Shown here one piece after another: positions 53,756 to 64,000 of a stretch of 64,000 nt of DNA. A program made the position numbers and the translations under genes. Under the pieces are notes generated by a model. That model saw only the letters and a list, made by a program, of their open reading frames with translations. It was not told the origin of the DNA and ran no database searches. Positions within the stretch are counted from its first letter, which is position 1; the number at the start of each line of letters is the position of its first letter. This stretch comes from Lytechinus pictus (lineage: Eukaryota): NCBI RefSeq assembly GCF_037042905.1, contig NC_087263.1:8868001-8932000 (forward strand). Reading direction: 5' to 3'.

Positions 53756-54864
53756 GTAATTAACCTCATTGCCGTATCTATATGGGGGCAGGGGAGGAAA
53801 GTCCATCCAATGTTCTCAATAACAGGCCAGCTAACCTGGCAAATGATGTTTTTGACCAAGATACATGAAACCACATGATAAAACATTTTGTATACGACGC
53901 TTGCCATTCCACTTTTATAACGTCAACTTATCCTCACACCATGTATGTGTGTGTGTATGTATGTATATATGTATAAGGTCCTCGGAAGTCTGCGCAGTCC
54001 CCCTTGTCTGTGCACACGCATATCTGCACGATTTTAGTAAAAGAAGTCCACAAACTTTACACGTTCAATACATAGAACGATAACCAATTTAAAAATCTGA
54101 CTCAGAATGGTAGAAAAATAATGAATTCCCGTCATTTCATGTAAGCTGCCTAAAAATGCAGTCCTTTTTAATCAAAATCCCCGAATCGTGTATAAAGTGA
54201 ATGCGTGCGCAAACATTGGGCATCAATTATTTTGTTCAATCTGAAAATGTATGGCCGAGATTTTCTTCAAGAAAATCATATTTATTTGACGTTTTATGAG
54301 ATATTCGGCACACTTACTCATGAGGAACATTATCAACTGTGTTTTCTTAACGTAAAAAGTTAGGTGCACAGACATGGGACCTACCTTCATATGCATGTCT
54401 GCTTGCAATCTGTGATGTCTTAATGTACAAGGCACCCATAGTCTTCATCTGGAATATGTTGTAGTTGTTTAAACCTCCTTTCAAAAATATTTGCAAATCT
54501 CATTAATTGGGGCGACTTTGTCATGAGAATAAGTTGAACTAGCGCCCGTTTTACCCCTGAATTCCCTTTAGACGTATTTCATCCAAACGGAAAATAGTTT
54601 GGAATGAGAGTATACAAAGTTAATGCATCTAAAAGAGATATGATTTTAACGGTTCAAATCACTAAATTTTATTGGAGCTCTGGCGCGCCGCTTCTTTGCA
54701 TTTATATTTCAAACTTTATTGACAGTTGATGAAAATACGGCGTAATGTATTTTTAATGATCTTGTGTATTTTTCTCTAAATCTTACCACGAATCGTCTCT
54801 GTGACTATCGTAATCAACTTTATTTTCCTATTTTATATCCTGCCTCCAATTTACATCTTTACAG

Positions 54865-56189
54865 ATAAAGTTCTTCATTCGAAAGAATTGCTTCGTATTG
54901 TAAACGATGTCAAAGATGAACGAATAAAGGTACTCCGCGTGGAATTCACTGACATCAATGGCATCACGCGATGTAAGATGGTAGCCGTAAACACTCTGGA
55001 AGAAGTGTCTTTGATCCTAAGGAATGGGGTCCTCTTTTCACCGATCTGCTTCATGAAAGATCCGGTAGGAGAAGGATTCGAATGTAATTTCAAGAAAAAC
55101 TATTGGTTCTCTGATATGTGTGCCCTTCCAGATCTGCGCACCTTTCGGATTATCCCTTGGCTTGAGGATACGGCAGCTGTCTTAACAGTACTCTATCACA
55201 TTAATATGAAAGACCTCGTGGTTGAGCATCCGAGGAATGTGGCGAACAGGCAACTCCAACATTTGAAGGGTTTGGGTTTATCACTGATGAGTGGCTATGA
55301 ATTGGAATTCCGTCTTTGCGGCTCCGAAGGTGAACAACTAGTGAAAGACAGGGTTGGATTTTGTGCCAGTAGCGTCCTCCTTGTAACGGCCAGGGACTAC
55401 ATCAAGAGGTTATTTGACTCTTTGCCGCGGGTCGGGGTAACTGTGGATGCTATACATTCTGAGAGCCCCGACGGATCTCTTGAAGTATCGACGAAACCTT
55501 CATTTGGAATAAAGGCTGCAGATGAGGCCGTTATCTGCAAGGATGCATGTAAAGAAATCGCTCTCTGCAACGGATATAAAGCACTATTCATTGCCGATCC
55601 CGATGGCACTGGGAGTGGGTTTACACTTCATTTGAACCATTCTCTTTGGGACAAGTCTGGTAACGTGGTAGTCAACGCTACAACTGGTGACCTTACTGAC
55701 ACGGCTAAGCATTGGATTGCTGGTTTGCTTGCTCACGCACGGGCGTTGACACCCCTCATGGCTTCCACCGTTAGCGGGATCAATATGTTCGGTGCTTACG
55801 AACTGGTCGATTCGGTAGAACCGTCATACGTTTCATGGGGCAAACACAACCGCTCGGCTACTTTCCGCGTCAAGAAGAGCGATGGACCAAGTGGATCATA
55901 CATAGAAAATCGGCTTGGAAGGATTGATGCAGACCCATATCTTATTCTTGCAGGTACCGTTGCTGCAGGAATGGATGGTATAATCAACAAGATACCTCTC
56001 CCAGATGAATGCACGGGAAACGCCCATACGGAAATCCCTTCAAACACACCCAAAGTTCCCTGTGATATGAAGGAAGGTCTCGCTGCTTTGGTCCAAGATA
56101 AAGTCCTTTGTGATACTCTCGGCCAGGAATTCATTGACCTTCTAGTTGCTGCGAGAAAACACGAAATTAGAGTACACAACGAAGACTAG
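54865..56189 (+). CDS. Class I glutamine synthetase-like (lengsin-like) protein, main exon
   Basis: ORF 54801-56189 has GS beta-grasp motif RVEFTDINGITRCK, SDM..PDL.T....PW, HPR, GYELEF, HSE......EV, HLNHSLW, WGKHNRSATFRV, IENRLG..ADPY. The first 21 ORF codons are intronic polypyrimidine sequence ending in CAG at 54864. Confidence 0.9.
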
Positions 56190-59100
56190 GGAGAAAATTA
56201 GTTTCCAATTGCATCTTTTGTAACATAACTCTTTTGTGAACAAATTACCAAATACAACATGAGCACTATACACTTGCATGCCGGAAAAGTGGAGGCAGAG
56301 AAAATGAAGTAGAAGTAGAAAGTGCCCCCCCCCCCCCCTTTCTCAAAAGAATTCTATACCCCTTTTATTTTGGCTAGTACATGTACATGTATATTCGTTT
56401 ACGGTTATTATTTAGGATATGATAGTTTTCCCATTTCATCAATTAAAAAAAAAATGAATACAGTACCAGTCACCTTTCTTTGAATCACTATTGCCTGTTT
56501 CGGCCGGAGAGCAATGGATTTGGTCCACTGATTCTATTGTTCTCTGGCTGAGGCAGGTAGTGGTGAGTCTGGGAATTGTGACTGGTAGTTTATTTTATCT
56601 TTGAACAATTTTGTATTAGCGATAATTCTGATTTTAAATGTTATTGAATTCACTCATTACTGTACAGGACCCAAGTTACTCTTTTATCTATTATGTATAT
56701 ATTGTTATTTTATGTTAACAGGACCAGGCTGAAAAACAGTCAATCTGAGCCTGTTATCCTGTATAAAGATATTTCAATAAATAAATAAATAAATTTAGCA
56801 CAATATCGACCATTGACCGTAAGAAAACCTAAGATAGGGAAAGTGAGATGATTCAGGTTCCAAAAAGGTGGATTTTTTTCTTGATTCCTTTTATCCTATC
56901 TATCTTCACAAGATTAACAGATGAAATGTCTTACTACAAAAATATAGACTTTGAATTGCATGTTTGTTCACAACATTCGAGTTATATATGTATATGTCGG
57001 GCATACTTATTTATGTTGCAAGCGAATATCGTGGGTGGATACATGCAGCTTAGCTGCCTTGGTTTGGGACAGGCTAACTTGATAACTGTGAACGGTGGGT
57101 CTCCCTCCCCGACCAAGCTATAAGTACCAAGGGTTGGTCTGTAATAATAATAAGTAATATAATATTTAAAAGAAGATAAGTACACAATATTACAATAATT
57201 TGAGAAAATTGACAGTGTACAATGAGACCAGTCATTATATGTATTTTATAAACGTGGATAATGGTTTTGATAGTTCTGAAGTATCATTAAGAATCGGAAT
57301 TGATGGAGAAAGTTCATTCGTTAAGCTAATACAGTGAATAAGATTGTAATCAAAAGAAAAGGTGGTTTAGAAGAAAAAGTGGATGGGGCATTGTTTTGGC
57401 TAGGCAAGGAGTTTACGAACTGGTTGTAAACTAGGTATACAGTGCAATGTACCGTTTATTTTTTTAGGAAACCACAATTAAATTTGAAGCTGAGAAAATG
57501 TACATGATTGATAAGTATGGGTTGAGTAACTTGGTTGACTGTACATGCTGTATGTATACACAAGACATCATGTAAAACAGTATAAATAGATGATATAATC
57601 TTGGAGTATTATCATTAACAAAAATGGACAATTAAATTATAAACCTGAAAATGAAATTTATGTGTTTTAAAAAGAGTATTTGAATAATTGATTGCACTAG
57701 AAGTAGAAAGTTGGAGATAGAAATACCAGTACAAGTACATTAATGTTAATGTAAATTACTATACATGTTCGCAAAGAACAATAGGGAGAAATCAGTTCAG
57801 ACTGATTTGTCTTTGTCTATTTTGTTTTTACATCCTAAACTACGAACACAATCGTCGTGTTGGTATAAACTGGTAAGAGACTTACGGTTCTACCAATTTA
57901 CAAAATCCTCCATTTTTTTCCTAAAATGTCCCGTTTCTATATATACGATTTACACGCACTGTAATCTTGCGGGGTCCTCGGACAATAATTAATCATGCAT
58001 GTAAATTTTCATCGGCCTATCCTTTGATCACAAAACTATTTTCATATCACTGAAGCAGAATTCACCTAATATTTATTCTCCCCACACGTTTGGCTGTCTC
58101 AGGCTTGAAATATTTTCTCAATTTGCATCATTGTGAGTCTTTTGTTACGTGATCTACACAGACCTCTTATATACTGTTTTGGCTACCTCATTGCATACAT
58201 ATCTCATTGTTCTGTATAGTATTGCTAAATGAAATGAATGCTATATTTTACTCCAGTCAAACTGAATCATCCAGGCTTTACAATTGCGTGGTAAAATTAT
58301 CTCTGATCATGATAATCATTAATATTTTGCGAATGTCTTTATTTGTCGCCAAAATGTATCACAGGGTTAACATTTCTATATGCTTGGCATATCCTTTTTT
58401 ATGCTATTTCAATATCATTTCTCATTTGGGAATACTGTGAATAAGTTTCGGTGTTTTTCTTTGAAGTATTTTGTACGAGTTTGCTCATGCTGTGAATCAA
58501 TCCTTAAAATAAGTATTGTTATCACTATCTTTATTTTTTTAATTTTGGATGGATGGATCTCTAAATTTATACACCAGAAAGTACCATGTTTCTTGTTTGG
58601 TTATTGTAAGTCCATGATTTGAATAGATTAACATAATATTTCTTGTTATCCAAATTAAGCGTGTGATTTTTTTCGTTGTAGTAATTCCGTCGAGGTTGAA
58701 TTTTGTGTATTATTTTGTATTTTCCCCTTCTACTTCATGAAGAGGGGGGCTCATACAACCCATGCCCCTCCCCCCTTCATGACATAATCACCTTCATTCT
58801 TGAGTAACTTAAGAGTGAATACCTTTATTTCAAAAAAAATTATTATCGTTTTTTTTTTTTTTTTGCTTAACAGAACTTTTCCTTAATACGCGAATGGCTC
58901 TCCTTTTGAAATGTATCCACCCCTAAACAAAAGTATGCGAATATTTTGACTGTTGCCGTACTTTATTGAGAAAACAGCGCAATTAGCGAATGTATTTCGT
59001 CGTGTGCATCTAGGTCGAAGGTTTAATTGTCCATGTAATGGTGATAGGTGAAAGTCTGACATGACATAAACTATTGCATTAAGAACTAGCTAGCATGCAT

Positions 59101-59486
59101 ACATCATTCATCGTAGCAGTTATGACAAATACAATAATTTGATAACATATTAAATAGGGTTATGAGAAATAATCTACTGATTTGATATACGGAAAATTAT
59201 ATGACAGAAATTCCATAAATAGGATTTATTCAGTTGATTTTTTAGAGTACATAATAAAAATATAACTGTAAACAATGTGAGTTTAGTTCTCCAAAATATT
59301 TTCTTTCCATGAGTTGCGCAAAATATTTTGCATCAAATTGCAATAACGGCATGCACCCTCACAAGACGATAATGGTAAAATATGTATTCACTTAATCGTC
59401 GCCAAATGGTTTAACGTCATATGGGCTTTCCTTTGCCGAAGTCCGAACCATAGAAATATATACTGATAACGCAAACTAGTAATATA

Positions 59487-61498
59487 CAGTGCGTCCCGCA
59501 AAAAACGAAACCGACATTTAGCGATGATTTATATTGACTTAATCATAAATAAAATAAACAAATGACCTACCATTGCAAAGCTTAGAATCTCTTCTTTCAT
59601 CTGATATTACTTAGATTATTCCTCATTCACGCATGAGTGAGCAAAAACAATTTGAAGAAAGGATACCAAAAGTCATTTGGCGGGGGGTATCTGAGTTTCA
59701 AAAAGAAAATCACATGCCTAAAAAGTTCAATATTTTCAATTTAATTCACTTTATTCACGTCCATTAAAAAATATTCAACAATAACATACAATATTAGATG
59801 AACAATAAGAAACAATCAAAACAAATCAATGTGACAAATAGAAAGAGTAGAACCAGCATGCAGTGGATGTAGGGTATTAGCAAAGGCCAAAGACCTATCG
59901 AGGCCAATCCCCTTTGGTTCCGCGCATTGGTTAAATAAAACAAATTAATGGTGATTAATCAGTTATAACATCGACATAAACAAACAAAAGAAAAACATTT
60001 AAAAAACAAAGAAAAAACCACAAGGCAAGATATGATTTATATTTACGTTTAAAAGTCAATATAGAGGAGCAAGTTTTAACTTCAGATGACAAATCATTCC
60101 AGATGACAGGTCCTTCGTATCCAATAACAGTTCTAGAAAAATTATATGTATATTTTGGCAGATAAAAGTCATTGATATTTCTTGTTGAATACATATTTAT
60201 ACTACAGCTCTGTTAAGGGTGAAAAAATCATTAAAAATATCAGGTAAAGTCCTTTTAGAATAAGAATACATAAAACAAGCAACAAAATAGCGATGTAAAT
60301 CATATATATTCAAAATTGTAAGCTTCCAAAACAATGGGTCTGTGTGGGCAAGTAATGTTGAATTGGTGATTATTCTTATTGCACGTTTTTGTATATTAAA
60401 AATATTTCTTGTAGTAAATAAGATGCGGTGCTTCCCCATATTATATTGCAATAGGTTATATAAGGCAAGATCATTGTATTATATATATTAGTGAGAATAA
60501 AAGGTGGCAATGTGAACTTTAGTCTACTCATAACACCAACAGCACATGACATTTTATATGATATTTCATTAATATGATCTTTCCACGTAAGGTTATTAAC
60601 AATCTTAACACCAAGAAATTTTAATGAAGTTACCTTATTCATTTCTTTGTTATTGATATGCAATTTAATCAAGTCTTGGTTAATTTTCCAGTTTTTTGTT
60701 TTAAAAATTATATAATTAGTTTTTTCAAGATTTATCAATAATTTATTGGCAAGAAACCAGGAATGCACTTTACTTAGTTCAGAGTTGATTAAAAATCCTA
60801 CGTTTGAAGGGTCATTACTGGCAAGAAAAAGGCTTGTATCGTCAGCAAATAAGATAAAAGTTAAAATATTGCTAACGTTTGGCAAGTCATTTATATACAA
60901 AAGAAACAATAAGGGTCCTAGTATATCTGCTCTTTTATTTGATATCTTGATCACAAAAAATGGTCAAGAAGTAAAAACGTTATGTTCCCTCGAAACAATG
61001 CTTGTATTTCCATAATTTCATTAAATAAACGTGTTTTCACCGGTTTCCCATAGAAGCTATCGCACAGTTGACAAAAGATTTAATGCATGGCTGATCGTCA
61101 ACGAAACGGAGTGTCGAGTGAGTTTGAACGCTAGCCTGTAAAACCTCTTCATTTTATGAAATTATTGAAATTCAAGCCTTATTTCAAATAACCAGAAATT
61201 TGTTATTTCTTGACCATTTTCTGTAATTGAGGTATCAAATTTAAGAGAAGATATTGAACTTTTTAAAATGTGATTTTCTTTTTGAAACCCAGATACAGCC
61301 CGCCAAATGACTTTTGGTATCCCCTCTTCAAATTGTTTTGCTCACTCATTCGTGAATGAGAAATAATCTAAGTAATTTCAGATGAAAGAGGAGATTCTAA
61401 GCTTTACAATGGTAGGTCATTTGTCTATTGTATTTGTGATGAAGGTATGATAAATCATCGACAAATCTCGGTTTCGTTTTTTTTTGTGGGACGCACTG
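59487..61498. mobile_element. Tc1/mariner-type MITE with long (~250 bp) TIRs, TA TSD
   Basis: TA|CAGTGCGTCCCGCAAAAAACGAAACCG ... CGGTTTCGTTTTTTTTTGTGGGACGCACTG|TA. The inverted similarity continues inward through GGTAGGTCATTTG, GCCAAATGACTTTTGG and TATTGAACTTTT. Confidence 0.9.
59734..60923 (-). mobile_element. 5'-truncated, frameshifted CR1/L2-group LINE nested in a Tc1-like MITE
   Basis: Minus-strand ORFs 60376-60954, 60197-60451 and 59955-60194: ILGPLLFLLYINDL, LFADDT, IQKRAIRII, GPVIWN. AATAAA/TTGAA-like tail near 59737-59755. Confidence 0.88.
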
Positions 61499-61500
61499 TA

Positions 61501-62070
61501 TATCTCTATGGTTCTTCTGTTCCATGATATTGACTTGGTGCTTCCCTACCATGTATTCCCGTCCGTCATTCACCCTGCTCATCTCCGGATAGCCATCAAT
61601 ATGAAAGCTCAGCTAGTTACCAGCACCCATCTCACCCAAAGTCGACTGTGCAAGATCTCCAGACTAGTTTCCGACCCAAGTTGTCCTGCTTGCCATGCAC
61701 CTGCGGAAACTGTCTTTCACTTTGTTAGTGAATGCATAGCCTATACCCATCTTAGAAATTATCTTTTGAAACATTTTCAGGAGGATGCCATTAAAGTGCT
61801 CTCAAGCTTTTCAAATACAGACTGCTATCTTCGTGTTGCAAGAACTAGACTTATCCTCCTTGGTGTCATTGGCAATGTCTCGTATCAGTTTCCTGACTTT
61901 AATCATGTTACTCTTCAATTTGTGTTTAATATACATTTCTCAAGACAGCGCCTTGTTGATCAAGCTGCTGCAAACAGTGACTAATAGCTCATTATTTTAC
62001 CATGCTGTACTGCAACTAAAGGCTTGCAGTTCTCCGGTGAACGGAGGAATTCAACACAGAAGAAGAAGAA
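61501..62070 (+). mobile_element. 3' fragment of a non-LTR retrotransposon (CCHC knuckle, (GAA)n tail)
   Basis: ORF 61484-61984 contains DPSCPACHAPAETVFHFVSEC. Short 3' UTR ends in AGAAGAAGAAGAAG near 62058-62071. Confidence 0.75.
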
Positions 62071-63379
62071 GGTCCGAACCGACTGGCGCCTATAATCTGG
62101 AGAGATGGAAGAGCGCCATCATCGTCAACAACTCCTACTACTACTACTTTATCCCGGCATCTTATTACATTGTCTGAAGGAAAGGATTGTAACCATGTAT
62201 TAGAGCCAATTCATGCTAAGCATGTTTATATTTTATGGGGGAAAAAACAGTAAAACTTGATAAAACTATAATACTTTGCTTCTTTTTACGGAAATGTTTA
62301 TTAAAACTTATTGACACTGTGATATGCATTTTTAAGGAAACATTTAGTAAATTATGTTGAACACTTTAATATTTTGTTCTTTTTATTTAGTATATACTTT
62401 CGATAAGAATGTTTTTAACTGGAAGCAACACTTTATAATCGCATCTTTTTCTCTGCCTCCTTCATAACCAATCCGTTGTATAATTATATCGTATTTGTTG
62501 TACGTAATTGTTTCAAAAGATGTTTTATCGTTCACTCATATTTCAAAATGTACAACAGAAAAAGACTTCTACAATTGTTGGAAATGAAAATAAACGAGTG
62601 GAATTTTTTTTTAAATGTGTTTCTTATTGAGCAGGCGAAGGTCGTCAAAGTGCGCAAAATTGACAAAAAAAATCGAAAACACGGGCGTTGCCTTAGCGGT
62701 GCACCGCTGCAGCCGGCGTTGCTTTAGCGTTGGTTTAACGGTAGCGAGCGTTGGTTTTAGCGGTGAAACCTCCATACCAACGCCAAACCAAAGTTCACCA
62801 CCGCAATGGATCGCTGCTTCAACTCCCGACACCGTTCCAGCAATCCCGTGTACGCTCGTAAAACGCATAACTCTACCAAAGTTTGTGCAACGGTTAATCA
62901 CCGCAGCGGTGGTCCAGCTTTCAAGATTTTCTGCGTCCACAAACTTGCGTCGAGTGGTGCCAAACTTTGACTGGGCGTTATTGGAGCGGGGATGAACTTT
63001 GCGGGAGCGGAACATCGCCCGCTCCTCACAGCTCGCAATATTTTGTGCAGCTCAAAACTTTCGGAGCGGTAGGACGGACCATCAGCGGTGGCCGAGCATA
63101 TACGGCCAACTTTTATTAAACGGTGGTGATAGGCAACGAGCGGTGAGGAATTTTGTTTCGCCGCTCCAGCAAAGTTCCGTGACCACTACTTTACCGAATT
63201 TTATTCTTCTGATCCGCATTCAATTCCTATCATTTAAGAGTGGTTTCATGACCTCATCTAACGTTTGAACTTTCAACACGTCCAGTTACGATATTGATGT
63301 TTGATGTCATCCAGCGATTGGCTTGGGACATGAATAAAACGAATCGTCATACTTAAAATCGGTTTCATGACATTTGCTA

Positions 63380-63622
63380 CACTGCAAAAACTCCGGTGTT
63401 GATTTAACACCAGCTCTGAATCTATATATGTCCACACCAGAGAAGTGTTAAACAACACCAGTTTCGTTTTGGACTAACACCAGAAAGGTGTTTATACAAC
63501 ATCAATTAGTATTAAAACAACATAGGTTTGATTCCAAACTGGTGTTGTTTCAGTACCTCTCTGGTGTGGACATAATATAGATTCCGGGTTGGTGTTAAAT
63601 CAACACCGGAGTTTTTGCAGTG
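63380..63622. mobile_element. Foldback CACT-ended MITE, TA TSD
   Basis: TA|CACTGCAAAAACTCCGGTGTTGATTTAACACCA ... TGGTGTTAAATCAACACCGGAGTTTTTGCAGTG|TA (perfect 33-bp TIR); many internal ACACC motifs. Confidence 0.9.
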
Positions 63623-63668
63623 TACGGCGACACGTTAAGCCAAACACAAATCCTAACCATGCTAACCA

Positions 63669-63920
63669 CACTCTAAAAAATATTGGGTAAAAATGCTCCA
63701 TGAGGGTAATTATGTGTCCGACCAACATTGGGCATTTCTATTGGGCATTTTTATTTATCCAATGTGATGAAAATTTTGCCCACTCTTAAGTAATTGCTGC
63801 TTTTTTTTTTACCTTACTGGACAATTTGCTTCCCGCATGGGTAAAATATTTCCCCAAATTGGTTGGACACATAATTACCCTCGTGGTGGTAAAAACTTTA
63901 CCCAATATTTTTTTACAGTT
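63669..63920 (+). mobile_element. ~255-bp CACT-ended MITE, copy 3
   Basis: Colinear with 33389-33650 along its whole length. Confidence 0.85.
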
Positions 63921-64000
63921 CACCAAAACTAAATAAACCCTAATCCTAATCTTCACAATATTCCTAACCAAAAACTATACTGCAAACCTAGTCTTATGCC

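Noticed and set aside
54801..54864. N-terminal hydrophobic segment MTIVINFIFLFYILPPIYIF as a signal peptide of the GS-like ORF
   Set aside because: It starts at GTG and is the polypyrimidine tract of a splice acceptor; a phase-compatible upstream exon exists.
62611..63268. Overlapping 89-134 aa ORFs on both strands
   Set aside because: Explained by stop-codon scarcity in a GC-rich, motif-repetitive patch; no domain recognised.

Overview
AT-rich, repeat-dense eukaryotic (metazoan) genomic DNA. The style of the repeats and the class-I glutamine-synthetase-like gene suggest a marine invertebrate such as a sea urchin; that assignment is inference only. One host gene is supportable: a spliced GSI/lengsin-like gene (coding exons 53662-53755 and 54865-56189, 472 aa). 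Its short first coding exon is missed by the ORF track and adds an MGIGCSS...C..KSKR N-terminus resembling a myristoylation/palmitoylation signal, and several glutamate/ammonia-binding residues appear altered. The rest is a layered set of mobile DNA: L1/Tx1, CR1/L2-group and other LINE fragments, many MITEs (Tc1-, Harbinger-, hAT-, Kolobok/T2- and CACT-type) often nested with readable target-site duplications, tRNA-derived SINE heads and microsatellites. The main findings are: (1) a 3.76-kb element with no recognisable transposase, CAC...GTG ends and an exact 8-bp TSD that splits a LINE RT ORF in frame and carries outward-facing promoter/splice-donor-like ends upstream of the GS-like gene; (2) a Penelope-type minimal hammerhead ribozyme inside a foldback; (3) a ~120-bp-period array of GCGCGAAGCGC mini-hairpins. 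All alignments were made by eye; no database searches were run.
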